The notes under the pieces are model-generated. The model did no database searches. It saw nothing but the letters and a program-made list of their open reading frames with translations, and was not told where the DNA came from. 64,000 nucleotides of DNA from a virus (taxonomy: Duplodnaviria > Heunggongvirae > Uroviricota > Caudoviricetes), in the IMG/VR virus record IMGVR_UViG_3300049617_000342, positions 18,536 to 82,535 of that record. The stretch is one strand, 5' to 3'. Below are positions 36,219 through 45,935 of the stretch, in pieces. Position 1 is the first letter of the stretch, and each line of letters starts with the position of its first letter. A program made the position numbers and the translations under genes.

Positions 36219-37412
36219 ATGTCAGACTCGGCCATGCTAGACGCCAAGAAGCCCCTGCCCGAGGACTGGATCGACCTCGGCATAGGCGACGCGCGCATAG
36301 TCAGGGAGGCCCTGCTGGAGTCCTTCCCGGACCTCCAGGCCCGCGAGGTCTTCAGGGACCGCTGGCTCTCGCAGGAGGTCCAGTCGCTGGGCTACCTCCA
36401 GCCGGAGGGAATCCCGGGCCTCAGAATTTCCCTCAGGAAGCTGCACGAGCTACAGTTCGGGGAGGTGTGCGTCACCGCCGGCGCCAAGGCGGCGCTGCTG
36501 GCCGTGCTCGTGGCCGCGAAGGGGATGGGCCGGAAGGCCGTCACCGCCTACGTGCCTTACTGGTCCAGCTTCCCCAGGCTCGCCGAGATCGCCGGCCTCC
36601 ACTTCTTCCCGTTCGCGCCGCTCGCCAAGGAGGCCCAGCCATTCAAGCCCGGCGAGACCGTGATGATCGTCACCGACCCCAACAACCCCGACGGCCGGAA
36701 CACTTACGACTCGGTCTACGAGACGATCAGGGAGATGGGCTACATGCTGGTCCACGACGCCGCCTACTGGTCGCCGATCTACGGCATCGACAAGTCGAGG
36801 AAGCTGCCGTCCGCGGACGTGCACGTGTTCAGCTGCTCGAAGGCCATGGGCCTCAGCGGGGCCAGGGTCGGCTACACGATAGCGTGGCCCGAGATGCACA
36901 GGGAGATAGTCGAGGCGGTGGAGGCCACGACCAGCGGAGCGTCCGAGTACGCGCAGCAGGTGGTCTGGGACGCCGTGAACCTACAGACCAGCCGGCCCGA
37001 GCAGTGGGCCTCGTTCGTCAACGACGCCAAGAGCAAGATCGACATGAACAGGAAGGCGTTCCTGGAGAACCTGCCGAACGGCGTCGCCAGCACCGGCAGC
37101 ATGTACGCGGCGGACGACCAGCAGGGCATCTTCCTCTGGCTGGAGAAGGGACCGGAGTACGGGGTGGACAGGGTCCGCGTCGTGGACGGCAAGGACTTCG
37201 GCAGACCCGGATGGTTCAGAATCAACCTGGGCAACTACGGCCTAAAGGAAACAATCGACATTGCCAAGAAAAGAATGGGGAAGTCCCGAAGCGGAGCTGA
37301 ACCGAGTTGGAAAGATCCTAAGTCGAAGGACTGGTCGTCAATCGGCAAGGCGCTATCGGGCCTCCGCAAGTTTCGTGGGGGGTCCAAATCCCGACAAAAA
37401 TCAAAGCGCTAG
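36219..37412 (+). CDS. PLP-dependent aminotransferase (class I/II fold)
   Basis: 397 aa from the internal ATG (MSDSAMLD). Lys motif SCSKAMGLSGARVGY matches SxSKxxGxxGxRxG of fold-type I aminotransferases. A PNNPDG-type turn lies upstream. Confidence 0.65.
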   Translation: MSDSAMLDAKKPLPEDWIDLGIGDARIVREALLESFPDLQAREVFRDRWLSQEVQSLGYLQPEGIPGLRISLRKLHELQFGEVCVTAGAKAALLAVLVAAKGMGRKAVTAYVPYWSSFPRLAEIAGLHFFPFAPLAKEAQPFKPGETVMIVTDPNNPDGRNTYDSVYETIREMGYMLVHDAAYWSPIYGIDKSRKLPSADVHVFSCSKAMGLSGARVGYTIAWPEMHREIVEAVEATTSGASEYAQQVVWDAVNLQTSRPEQWASFVNDAKSKIDMNRKAFLENLPNGVASTGSMYAADDQQGIFLWLEKGPEYGVDRVRVVDGKDFGRPGWFRINLGNYGLKETIDIAKKRMGKSRSGAEPSWKDPKSKDWSSIGKALSGLRKFRGGSKSRQKSKR

Positions 37413-37528
37413 GGTCCGCGCGATCCATAAGAAAATCAAGGAATGAAGAACCCGGACGCGTACCTGATCCCGATCTACGCCATCCTCCTTGTCGCTGTCT
37501 TGCTGACGGTGGCGAAGGGCATGGCGTA

Positions 37529-37801
37529 GTGGCCGAGAAGCACAAGTTCCTACCGGGCGACTGGATGATCTGCCGCAGCGACGCTGGCGTCGAGGGGCTG
37601 ATCACGGTCGGCAAGAGGTACCAGGCTCTCAGCCACGAGGGCCTCACCAACTTCCTCAAGCTCGTCGGAAGCCCAAGCCTCATGGTCACCGTCGAGTGCG
37701 ACGACGGCCAGCCCCGCAGCGTCAACAAGCTCCGCTTCGTCCCCGACACCCAGACCGTCGCCAGGAAAGGCAAGCTTGCCCTCCTTAAGATCCGTAGGTA
37801 A
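37529..37801 (+). CDS. hypothetical protein (90 aa)
   Basis: ORF with a GTG start overlapping a preceding 28-codon mini-ORF (MKNPDAYLIPIYAILLVAVLLTVAKGMA). Confidence 0.4.
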   Translation: MAEKHKFLPGDWMICRSDAGVEGLITVGKRYQALSHEGLTNFLKLVGSPSLMVTVECDDGQPRSVNKLRFVPDTQTVARKGKLALLKIRR

Positions 37802-37935
37802 GGTCGTCGGGCTCGGACTCCTCGGCGTGGCGGCGGCATTCTCCTGCGCTTTCGCGCTCTTAGTTTGGGTCAACAGCATCCTCCCTCCCCGGTAAAATCT
37901 TCCTGTCCGAAAACAACCCTAAAAAGGATATCACT

Positions 37936-39582
37936 TTGCCAGCACCGGAACAGTCCAAGTTCTCCCTAGACATCATGCAGCAGAAGTACTCGCACACCAA
38001 GAAGGACGGCACCAAGGAGACGTGGGCGGAGATCGCCAAGCGCGTCGCCAAGCACGTCATGAAGAGCGTTGGCGCCAGCCGCGAGCTGTCTCTGGAGATC
38101 GAGCAGGCCATCGCGGAGATGAAGTTCCTGCCCGGCGGCCGCTACCTCTACTCGTCGGGGAAGCCCTTCCACCAGACCCAGAACTGCCTGCTCCTGAAGG
38201 CCGAGGACAGCCGCGCGGGCTGGGCCGACCTCATGCACAAGGCCACCATGGCCCTCATGACCGGCGCCGGCATCGGCGTCGACTACAGCGACATCCGCGC
38301 GGAGGGGAAGCCGGTCCGCAAGACGGGCGGCACCGCCACCGGCCCGCTGGCCCTCATGCAGATGGTCAACGAGGCCGGCCGCGGCATCATGCAGGGCGGA
38401 GCCCGAAGGTCCGCGATCTGGGCGGGGCTCAGCTGGCGGCACCAGGACGTGCACAAGTTCATCACCATGAAGAACTGGCGCCAGGAGGTCCGCGACCTCA
38501 AGCTCAAGGACTTCAACTTCCCGGCCACCATGGACGGCACCAACATCAGCGTGCAGCTCGACGACGAGTTCTTCGAGGCGTACGAGGTCGACACGCACCC
38601 GCAGCACACCCACGCGCAGTCCGTCTACTGGGCCACCATCAAGCAGATGCTCACCACCGCGGAGCCGGGCTTCAGCATCGACACCGGCAAGAACGCCGGC
38701 GAGAGCCTCAGGAACGCCTGCACCGAGATCACCACCAGGGACGACAGCGACATCTGCAACCTCGGCTCGATCAACATGGCCAAGGTCACCTCCGTCGAGG
38801 AGATGAGGAGGCTGGTGGAGATATCCACCGCGTTCCTGCTGGCCGGCACCGTCTACAGCGACGTGCCCTACGCCCAGGTCGACCAGGTGCGCACCAAGAA
38901 CCGACGTCTCGGCCTCGGGCTCATGGGGCTCCACGAGTGGCTGCTCTCCAGAGGCAAGAAGTACGGCGTCGACAAGGACCTCGAGCCCTACCTGGAGGAG
39001 TACGCCAAGAGCGGCGACTACGCCAGGAAGTACGCCGAGCAGTGGGACCTGAGCGTCCCCGTCAAGACCAGGGCCATAGCCCCCACGGGCACCATCGGCA
39101 TCCTGGCCGACACGACCACGGGCGTCGAGCCCCTCCTCAGCGCGGCCCACAAGCGGCGCTACCTCAAGCACACGACCTGGAACTACCAGTACGTCGTCAG
39201 CCCCATAGCCAAGAAGCTCGTTGAGAGCGGCGTCAACCCGGAGATGATCGAGGACGCCTACAGCCTAGCCGAGGACGTCGAGCGCCGGCTCGCCTTCCAG
39301 GCGTGGCTCCAGGGCTACGTCGACCACGGCATCTCCAGCACCATCAACCTCCCCGCCTGGGGCACCGAGCTCAACAACGAGGGCAGGGTCCAGGCGTTCG
39401 GCAACACCGTCATGAGGTATCTGCCCCAGCTCAGGGGCATGACCGTGTACCCCGACGGCGCCAGGGGAGGCCAGCCGCTCACCCCAGTCAAGTACTCCAC
39501 CGCCATGAAGCATCTCGGCGAAGTCTTTGAGGAAACCAGCGACATCTGCGACATAACCAAGGGCGGGACCTGCGGGTCCTAA
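37936..39582 (+). CDS. ribonucleotide reductase catalytic subunit (probably class II, NrdJ-like)
   Basis: The N-terminus LDIMQQKYSHTKKDGTKETWAEIAKRVAKHV is RNR-like. Active-site motif NACTEI (N-x-C-x-E) and CNLGSIN are present. At 548 aa and with no NrdB nearby, class II is more likely. TTG start with AAGGA RBS. Confidence 0.7.
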   Translation: MPAPEQSKFSLDIMQQKYSHTKKDGTKETWAEIAKRVAKHVMKSVGASRELSLEIEQAIAEMKFLPGGRYLYSSGKPFHQTQNCLLLKAEDSRAGWADLMHKATMALMTGAGIGVDYSDIRAEGKPVRKTGGTATGPLALMQMVNEAGRGIMQGGARRSAIWAGLSWRHQDVHKFITMKNWRQEVRDLKLKDFNFPATMDGTNISVQLDDEFFEAYEVDTHPQHTHAQSVYWATIKQMLTTAEPGFSIDTGKNAGESLRNACTEITTRDDSDICNLGSINMAKVTSVEEMRRLVEISTAFLLAGTVYSDVPYAQVDQVRTKNRRLGLGLMGLHEWLLSRGKKYGVDKDLEPYLEEYAKSGDYARKYAEQWDLSVPVKTRAIAPTGTIGILADTTTGVEPLLSAAHKRRYLKHTTWNYQYVVSPIAKKLVESGVNPEMIEDAYSLAEDVERRLAFQAWLQGYVDHGISSTINLPAWGTELNNEGRVQAFGNTVMRYLPQLRGMTVYPDGARGGQPLTPVKYSTAMKHLGEVFEETSDICDITKGGTCGS

Positions 39583-39611
39583 CCTCCCCAAACGACTGGA
39601 TAATATGGCAA

Positions 39612-39932
39612 GTGGGAAAGTTCGAGAAGGGCGACTACGTCCTCGTCGTGAGGTCCAAGGCCGGCTATTCCGGGCCAGGTAGAGTTCTAAACCCGGCGTA
39701 CGGGGACGCCTACATAGTCAGCGTCGAGCACGGACCCATAACCCTCGTCACCGCAAGAGAGGGCGACCTGCAACCCACGGAGCGCCATGAAGCCAAGGAA
39801 GAAGTCGCCGAGGAAGCCGAGGAGGCCGATCCTTTCCGTCAGGGTGACGACCCTGCCGAGAGAAGGCGTCGCAGACGCGCCAGAACTGTTCGGGCAATGG
39901 GTCGAAGGGCTCCTGGTCGATTCAGAAGGTAG
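39612..39932 (+). CDS. hypothetical protein (106 aa); C-terminus may be a frame artefact
   Basis: The N-terminal 60 aa are protein-like (MGKFEKGDYVLVVRSKAGYSG…), then the sequence turns acidic and then poly-Arg. Confidence 0.3.
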   Translation: MGKFEKGDYVLVVRSKAGYSGPGRVLNPAYGDAYIVSVEHGPITLVTAREGDLQPTERHEAKEEVAEEAEEADPFRQGDDPAERRRRRRARTVRAMGRRAPGRFRR

Positions 39933-40119
39933 GCCCCAAAGGGCGCCGCGCCCGTTCCACCCCATCTACCTGAAGGGGAACAAGAAGCGGTCCAGGAAGG
40001 ACTGGGACTTCTCCACCGCCGACGTCAAGGTAGTCTTCGAGAAGGAGGGCGGCTGGGAGGTCGTCCTGTCGAGCGGCCGCAGGATGATGGTCAAGAGGGT
40101 AGCCAACCCCGCGAACTAA
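39787..40119 (+). CDS. hypothetical protein (110 aa), +1 frame relative to the previous ORF
   Basis: The C-terminal 60 aa are protein-like (…FSTADVKVVFEKEGGWEVVLSSGRRMMVKRV). Confidence 0.3.
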   Translation: MKPRKKSPRKPRRPILSVRVTTLPREGVADAPELFGQWVEGLLVDSEGRPQRAPRPFHPIYLKGNKKRSRKDWDFSTADVKVVFEKEGGWEVVLSSGRRMMVKRVANPAN

Positions 40120-40134
40120 AAGTACATTCTATAC

Positions 40135-41673
40135 GTGCCACTGATTGAGCTGATGCCAGCATGGGCCGTAGTGTCCGACGACAGACCAGCGCTCGAGGAG
40201 ATCCACGAGAGGCTGAGCTACGAGGACAAGTCCGTCGAGCGCGAGCTTCGCATGTTCCTCAAGGCCCAGCGCTGGAAGCAGCGCGACTACGAGGAGCACC
40301 CCGAGAGGAAGCCGGCCTGGTACGACGAGTGGCTGGCCAAGAGGAAGGCCGAGCTTAGGGCCGGCGTCGTCAAGTACTGCACCGAGTTCTCCGGCGACCA
40401 GCTGATGGTCCCGATAGGCCTACTGTCCGAGCTGGGCTACGAGGACTGGACCGAGCAGGACTACCGCGAGGCGCCCGAGAAGCTCCACATGCCCTACCAC
40501 GCCAAGCCCAGGCTGCGCCAGCCGCAGGTCGAGGGCCTGGACGCCATCAAGCGCAACATGTTCGGCCTGGTCAGGATGGCCACCGCCGTCGGGAAGACCC
40601 TCCTGGCCCAGGAGGCCATCCACTACCGCGACTGCAAGACCGTGTTCCTCGTCCCCTCCCTGCCCATTCTGAACCAGACCGTCGAGAGGTTCTCCGCCGC
40701 CTTCGGCTGGGACATGGTCGGCCAGTACGGCGACGGCAAGCAGCAGCTCAGGAGCATAGTCGTCGCCACCTACAAGAGCGCCGGGGCGGCCCCCGACGGG
40801 ACCTTCGACGACTACCGGATGATGATAGCCGACGAGGTCCACCACATATCGGCAGAGACCTTCCTCCCGGCGGCAATGGACAAGCTCAGCAGGTGCGTCT
40901 ACAGGTACGGCCTCTCCGCCGACGAGGAGCGGGCCGACGGATCCACCATGGCGGTCACGGGCGCGATAGGCCCGGCCATCTACGACTACCCCGTGTGGAA
41001 GGGCATCGAGGACAACCTGCTGGCCAGGCCCACCTTCTACATGGTCGGCGTGACCAGGACCAGCGGCACCTTCAAGAAGTGGAAGGTCGAGAGGAAGAGG
41101 CGCGTCGAGAAGGGCGTCGTGAGCTGCCAGTCCTACGACGGGGACGACGACGGTCTGGCCTACAAGCACTGGGTCCTGGGCAACGACCACCTGAACCAGT
41201 GGGTGGCCGAGATGGCGGTGGCGGTGCACCAGAACGGGCTGCAGTCCCTCATCCTGATCGACGAGAGGGAGCACGCGGAGAAGCTGTCCGAGATGCTGGA
41301 CCTCCACGGCGGCAAGGGCAAGTACCTCGTGGCGCTCGGCGGGGACAAGGACAACGACGAGAAGCGCGAGCTGTTCAACAGGCGGCGCTGCCCGATACTC
41401 CTGGCCACCACGACCTTCGGGGAGGGCGCGGACACCATCGCGGTCGACGCGCTATTCGAGCTGAACCTGGGCGCCAGCAGGAGCAAGACCAAGCAGAACG
41501 ACGGGCGGGCCATGCGGAACGACCCCGACGAGGATGGCGTACCGAGGAAGCCGACCGCCATGATCTTCGACCTCTACTTCCCCGGAAACAAGACCCTCGA
41601 CAGGCACTCCGGGATCAGGGAGGGCACCCACGCCGAGACCAGGTGCGAGATACTCAGGGAACACGTAATCTAA
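40135..41673 (+). CDS. SF2 DEAD/DExH-box helicase (UvsW-like)
   Basis: Walker A ATAVGKT, motif II DEVHH, motif VI-like LLATTTFGEGADT. The ~510 aa length matches T4 UvsW-type helicases. Confidence 0.7.
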   Translation: MPLIELMPAWAVVSDDRPALEEIHERLSYEDKSVERELRMFLKAQRWKQRDYEEHPERKPAWYDEWLAKRKAELRAGVVKYCTEFSGDQLMVPIGLLSELGYEDWTEQDYREAPEKLHMPYHAKPRLRQPQVEGLDAIKRNMFGLVRMATAVGKTLLAQEAIHYRDCKTVFLVPSLPILNQTVERFSAAFGWDMVGQYGDGKQQLRSIVVATYKSAGAAPDGTFDDYRMMIADEVHHISAETFLPAAMDKLSRCVYRYGLSADEERADGSTMAVTGAIGPAIYDYPVWKGIEDNLLARPTFYMVGVTRTSGTFKKWKVERKRRVEKGVVSCQSYDGDDDGLAYKHWVLGNDHLNQWVAEMAVAVHQNGLQSLILIDEREHAEKLSEMLDLHGGKGKYLVALGGDKDNDEKRELFNRRRCPILLATTTFGEGADTIAVDALFELNLGASRSKTKQNDGRAMRNDPDEDGVPRKPTAMIFDLYFPGNKTLDRHSGIREGTHAETRCEILREHVI

Positions 41674-41677
41674 TAGC

Positions 41678-42247
41678 ATGAAGAACACCATCGTCGTCAA
41701 CCTCTACGGCGGCCCAGGCGCCGGCAAGACCACGGTCTCGGCCGACCTGTTCGCCCGCCTCAAGAAGAGCTACGTGTCCTCCGAGCTGGTCCGCGAGTAC
41801 GTCAAGGACTGGGTCTGGGAGGGGCGCAGCATCAACCCGTTCGACCAGGTCTACATCCTCGCCAAGCAGTCCCGCAAGGAGCAGATCCTCTACGGCAAGG
41901 TCGACGTGGTCATCACCGACAGCCCCATCTGGCTGGTGCCCATGTACGAGCAGCTCTACGGCTCCAAGCCCCACATATGCCAGCAGATCGTCGACAAGTT
42001 CGCCAAGGAGGCCGAGGCCAAGGGAGTGACCTACCTCCACGTCCTGGTCGTGCGCGAGCACGCCTACGACACCGAGGGCCGGTACCAGACCGAGGTGGAG
42101 GCCAAGAAGCTCGACCAGCTCATGCGCGAGTACATGGACCTGAACTTCGGCACCGGCTACATTGAGATAGGCAGCTCGAGGGCCGTGGACACCGTGATGC
42201 ACATGCTGGCGGAGCAGGTCGGCAAGAACATAGGTAGACTTGAGTAG
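41678..42247 (+). CDS. P-loop nucleotide/nucleoside kinase-like protein
   Basis: 189 aa beginning MKNTIVVNLYGGPGAGKTT (Walker A at the N-terminus, like small kinases). Paralogous to the ORF at 47504. Confidence 0.5.
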   Translation: MKNTIVVNLYGGPGAGKTTVSADLFARLKKSYVSSELVREYVKDWVWEGRSINPFDQVYILAKQSRKEQILYGKVDVVITDSPIWLVPMYEQLYGSKPHICQQIVDKFAKEAEAKGVTYLHVLVVREHAYDTEGRYQTEVEAKKLDQLMREYMDLNFGTGYIEIGSSRAVDTVMHMLAEQVGKNIGRLE

Positions 42248-42286
42248 GCCAAGGCGCCCTCGACGGCGTACAGCCAGGGATATCCT

Positions 42287-42313
42287 AGCCCGGCGGAAAC
42301 GCTGGGCTTTTTA
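42287..42313 (+). terminator. putative rho-independent terminator
   Basis: AGCCCGGCG-GAAA-CGCTGGGCT with one mismatch in the stem, followed by TTTTTA. Located 40 nt after the kinase stop. Confidence 0.4.
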
Positions 42314-42395
42314 ACGCGCAAAATTTTAGTAGCGTTCGGCCCCGAACCGTGTTATTCTAATCGAGCCGTGCAATGCCGCACGCTGGGAGGTCCGC

Positions 42396-43328
42396 ATGAA
42401 TCCAGCCAAAAAGCTCACCTACATCCACCTAGACAACCCCACGAAAGACGAGGCCATGAAGTTCGTAGGCTTCGACGTCCACAGATCCCCGATCAAGTTC
42501 ACCGAGCCCAACGGCACCGTGCACACCTCCAAGAAGGAGACCATCTTCCGCATCGACGGCAACACCCCCATCGAGATGGGAATCTGCTCGCGCGGCTACA
42601 AGATCGTCCACCACACGGCGGCCCTAGCCAAGAGCTTCGAGGCCCTCGACAAGCTCGGCATCCCCTACAAGCTCACCCGCGTCAGCACCGACCAGAACGG
42701 CAGCAAGATGTACGCCCGCTTCGAGCTCATCAAGAAGTACCAGATCACCGAGGCACGCCTGGACGCCCTCAACCCCATCCTGACCACCATCAACGGCTAC
42801 GACGGCAACACCGGCCTGGGCTTCGACATCGAGAGCATCCGCCTCGTGTGCATGAACCTCGCCAGCACCAGCATGAGGGACGTCAGCAACAGGTATCTCC
42901 ACGTCGGAGACGTCAACCCCGAGAAACTCCTGGAAGTAGCGGCCCGCAGCCTCGACACGTTCGAGAACAAGCTCGTGCCCTTCTACAAGTCGATGGCCCA
43001 AAACGAGGTCACCAAGAAGGTAGCCATCAACGCCGTCGCAGTGGCAGTGAAGGACGGCATCCTCCCACAGGGCCTGGCCAACTTCGCCAAGCACTGCGTG
43101 GACAGCGACCACGCCAAACAAGAGGGCATCAAGCTAACGCCATGGGCGATGTTCAACGCCTTCACCTGGGCAGCCACCAAGAGAGACTCAGACGTGAGCC
43201 CCAGCCGCGCCAAGGAGATCAACGGCAAGATCGCCAGACTCTTCGCGGACGGCGGCAAGGACCTGGTTGCCAAAGCAGAAGCAATCACTGAAAAAGAAGT
43301 AAACGAGATCTTCGAAAAGGTGGCCTAG
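42396..43328 (+). CDS. hypothetical protein (310 aa)
   Basis: Well-formed ORF preceded by a 146-bp intergenic region. No motif recognised. Confidence 0.5.
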   Translation: MNPAKKLTYIHLDNPTKDEAMKFVGFDVHRSPIKFTEPNGTVHTSKKETIFRIDGNTPIEMGICSRGYKIVHHTAALAKSFEALDKLGIPYKLTRVSTDQNGSKMYARFELIKKYQITEARLDALNPILTTINGYDGNTGLGFDIESIRLVCMNLASTSMRDVSNRYLHVGDVNPEKLLEVAARSLDTFENKLVPFYKSMAQNEVTKKVAINAVAVAVKDGILPQGLANFAKHCVDSDHAKQEGIKLTPWAMFNAFTWAATKRDSDVSPSRAKEINGKIARLFADGGKDLVAKAEAITEKEVNEIFEKVA

Positions 43329-43343
43329 GAGGCCGCCTCCCCC

Positions 43344-43369
43344 TGGCCACGGACGGCCACCCCCTTTCC
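43344..43369 (+). terminator. weak hairpin + pyrimidine run
   Basis: TGGCC-ACGGAC-GGCCA followed by CCCCCTTTCC. Confidence 0.2.
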
Positions 43370-43380
43370 TAGGAGAAGGA

Positions 43381-43734
43381 ATGAAGAAGCTTGCACTAGT
43401 TCTATTGTTCCTGGCCGGATGCGGTCAGACCCAGAGCCCACCATACACCCAGCTCCACGGAGACTGGGCCTTCAGCCCAACGTCCTGGGTGTTCCTCGCC
43501 GGCAACCAGTTCACCTACCAGAAGTGCCCGCTCGCGACCCAGCCCTACGCCTGCTACAACGGCGCCGGAGGGTGCGCGGTGGTCGGGACCTGGACGGACC
43601 TGAACCCCGGGTCGTCCTCGGGATACATGTCGATAACAGTCAGCCCCCTCAGCACGTGCCCGGCACCAACCGGCACGGTGGTGGAGCCATACACAATCTC
43701 AAACGGAGTCTTAAACCTAGGAGGTTTCCAGTGA
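43381..43734 (+). CDS. lipoprotein (117 aa)
   Basis: Signal peptide + lipobox MKKLALVLLFLAGC. The mature part has 6 Cys. Confidence 0.55.
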   Translation: MKKLALVLLFLAGCGQTQSPPYTQLHGDWAFSPTSWVFLAGNQFTYQKCPLATQPYACYNGAGGCAVVGTWTDLNPGSSSGYMSITVSPLSTCPAPTGTVVEPYTISNGVLNLGGFQ

Positions 43735-44336
43735 TCAAGAAGCTAGCGTTCATATGGGCTGCCGTGCTCGGCATGCTCGTCGCCATGGCGACAACTGCGA
43801 AGGCAGGTTCTTTGCTAAACCAGGGCGTCAGCCTAGAGGTGGAGGGCGGCGGCCTCAACTACCAGCTCGAGAACAACGGCACGAGCAGCTACAACACGCA
43901 CAAGTGGTCGCCCGACGGACGGCTCAACTACAGCGGGCTCCTCGGAGTAAGGCTCGTGATGGAAGACCACCTCTTCTACAACTCGCTCATGCTCTACGGC
44001 GGCAACAACGGCATAGGCCAGCCGGTCGGAGGCCTCGTGCAGTCCAGCGGCTTCAAGATCGAGCGCATGGGCTACATCGGGAACGGCAACCACCCAGGGA
44101 CCCTCTACGTGGGCTGGGCCATCGGCGGCTACCTGCAAAACGACAACTCGTACAAGGCCACCACCGGCCAGTACCCAAACGAGCTCACCGCGTTCGGGAG
44201 CGAGGGCCTAGTGCCCATCCTCGGACTCGAGCTGGACTACAAGGTGCCCATCAGCGACAGCGTCTACATCAAGCTCGACGACATCATCCAGCCCTCGAAC
44301 ATCAACACCGCCCTCTCACTCGGATACACCTTCTGA
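43731..44336 (+). CDS. secreted beta-barrel (OMP-like) protein (201 aa, GTG start)
   Basis: GGAGG RBS. Signal peptide IKKLAFIWAAVLGMLVAMATTAKA. Gly/Tyr-rich alternating strands. C-terminal LGYTF. Confidence 0.45.
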   Translation: MIKKLAFIWAAVLGMLVAMATTAKAGSLLNQGVSLEVEGGGLNYQLENNGTSSYNTHKWSPDGRLNYSGLLGVRLVMEDHLFYNSLMLYGGNNGIGQPVGGLVQSSGFKIERMGYIGNGNHPGTLYVGWAIGGYLQNDNSYKATTGQYPNELTAFGSEGLVPILGLELDYKVPISDSVYIKLDDIIQPSNINTALSLGYTF

Positions 44337-44878
44337 TGAAAACCCTACTGGTCCTCACGACAGTACTGTTCCTGGCAGGGTGCGGCAGCCAACAGAGCGA
44401 CATCCTGGAAGAGCCCCCGATGTTCTCGGGGGTCGACCCCCAGATAAAGACCTGGTTCGACACGTTCACCAGCGAGAGCGGCGTCTCGACAGCCGGCATA
44501 TCGGCCGGGTTCACGGCCCTCCCGAACGGCATAGCCGGGGAGTGCGTGTGGGGCGGCGTCTACAACGAGGTCCGCATGGACACGAGCTACTGGGTCGTCC
44601 TCACCAACGACGGCTTCGGCGGCAGCGAGCGCATGAAGCAGCTCGTCTACCACGAGCTCGGCCACTGCGCCCTTTTCCTACAGCACATAAACGAGTGCTC
44701 CGACGGCACCACGGCCCCGGACGGCACCATAAGCAGCTGCAACCAGGGGCACAGCCAGCCCATGAGCATAATGAACTGGATGGCCTTCAGCGACGTGCAG
44801 GCCATAGGCTTTGTCAACAGCAACGCCAAATACGTCAACGCCCTCAAGGCCAACCAACCGATAGGGAGCTACCCATGA
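44336..44878 (+). CDS. lipoprotein with HExxH zinc-metallopeptidase motif
   Basis: MKTLLVLTTVLFLAGC lipobox plus VYHELGHCAL. Start overlaps the upstream stop (TGATG). Confidence 0.5.
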   Translation: MKTLLVLTTVLFLAGCGSQQSDILEEPPMFSGVDPQIKTWFDTFTSESGVSTAGISAGFTALPNGIAGECVWGGVYNEVRMDTSYWVVLTNDGFGGSERMKQLVYHELGHCALFLQHINECSDGTTAPDGTISSCNQGHSQPMSIMNWMAFSDVQAIGFVNSNAKYVNALKANQPIGSYP

Positions 44879-45288
44879 AGGCAAGACGATGGGAGAGAAC
44901 CACAAAGTTTGGTAGGGTCAAGTGGAGGGAGTACCGCTACACGGGAGTCCCCCTGGCCATAACCACGCAGATGAACGGCGTCTTCGAGACGCGATCGCAC
45001 ATCGATCCGAACTGGCACGCTACCGTGCTTAGAAGCTGGGACACGATAGAGTCCAACATGGCGTTCGGCCCCATGCCGTACAAAGAGGTCCCCATCTCCA
45101 CCATGACGGGAGGTCAAGGCGTCGGCGGGGGCGGTCGAGTCCAGATCATCGAGTGGAACACCAACAAGGGCGAGGGCCCATGGCAAAAGAACGAACACGG
45201 GGACCAGGTCCCCACGGAGGACAGACATGCCTGCACGTGCGACTTCACCGCGCTTCTACGAGACGGCTGCAAGTGCGGAGGTAGATAG
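44875..45288 (+). CDS. hypothetical protein with C-terminal 4-Cys motif (137 aa)
   Basis: Ends …HACTCDFTALLRDGCKCGGR. Paralogous C-terminus to the ORF at 46850. Confidence 0.45.
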   Translation: MKARRWERTTKFGRVKWREYRYTGVPLAITTQMNGVFETRSHIDPNWHATVLRSWDTIESNMAFGPMPYKEVPISTMTGGQGVGGGGRVQIIEWNTNKGEGPWQKNEHGDQVPTEDRHACTCDFTALLRDGCKCGGR

Positions 45289-45292
45289 GAAG

Positions 45293-45904
45293 ATGGTGAT
45301 CAACAAGGCCGCCCTGGAGAAGTACCCGAGATACGTCCCCGTAGCCGAGCGCATAGTACTCGTCCTCCGGGTCTGCGACGGCTCCCTCAGCGAGAAGGAC
45401 ATAGCCGACCACGTCGAGTGCCCCCTGGAAATCGTAGCCAAGGTATGCCGACCCCTCGAGGGCCGCTTCATCAGCTACGAGGGCAAGAGCCCGCGCCGGT
45501 CCGCCTTCAGCCACCGCTGGACGGCCGACATATTCTTCGTCGAGGCCATGAAGCACCTCAACGGCAACGCCGAGCTCGCCGTCAAGCTGGGGACCTACGA
45601 CTCCCGACGCCTGAAGAAGGAGCGCAAGGAGCTCGACCACTACTACTTCAAGATCACGCGCCTCATGTGCCAGGGCGAGCAGGGCTCCGCCAAGGAGTTC
45701 GCCGACGCCGTGGGATGCACCAAGGACCACGCCCTCCAGTTCTTCCGGTCGTGCGCCACCCCGGCCGGGCTCGTGAAGAGCGACGAGGTCAACGAGATAG
45801 AGGCCAAGATCTGGGTGTGGACCGGACCCGTCGCCATCGAGCACGCGGTCGAGGCCGCCAAGAGCGCCTGCATAGAGCACAAGTGGGGCCACGACGCCCG
45901 CTAG
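45293..45904 (+). CDS. hypothetical protein (203 aa)
   Basis: Internal ATG (MVINKAALEKY) with GGAGG RBS. Confidence 0.4.
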   Translation: MVINKAALEKYPRYVPVAERIVLVLRVCDGSLSEKDIADHVECPLEIVAKVCRPLEGRFISYEGKSPRRSAFSHRWTADIFFVEAMKHLNGNAELAVKLGTYDSRRLKKERKELDHYYFKITRLMCQGEQGSAKEFADAVGCTKDHALQFFRSCATPAGLVKSDEVNEIEAKIWVWTGPVAIEHAVEAAKSACIEHKWGHDAR

Positions 45905-45935
45905 CGTATAACCGAGTCGAACCCTAGGAGGCACC

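Noticed and set aside
37443-37530. 28-codon mini-ORF MKNPDAYLIPIYAILLVAVLLTVAKGMA upstream of 37529 gene
   Set aside because: Hydrophobic and plausibly a membrane peptide, but the RBS spacing is poor and it is too short to support; left as a note only.
42331-42350. GTTCGG-CC-CCGAAC palindrome in the 42248..42395 intergenic region
   Set aside because: Could be an operator, but a single 6-bp inverted repeat with a 2-nt loop is expected by chance at this GC content.
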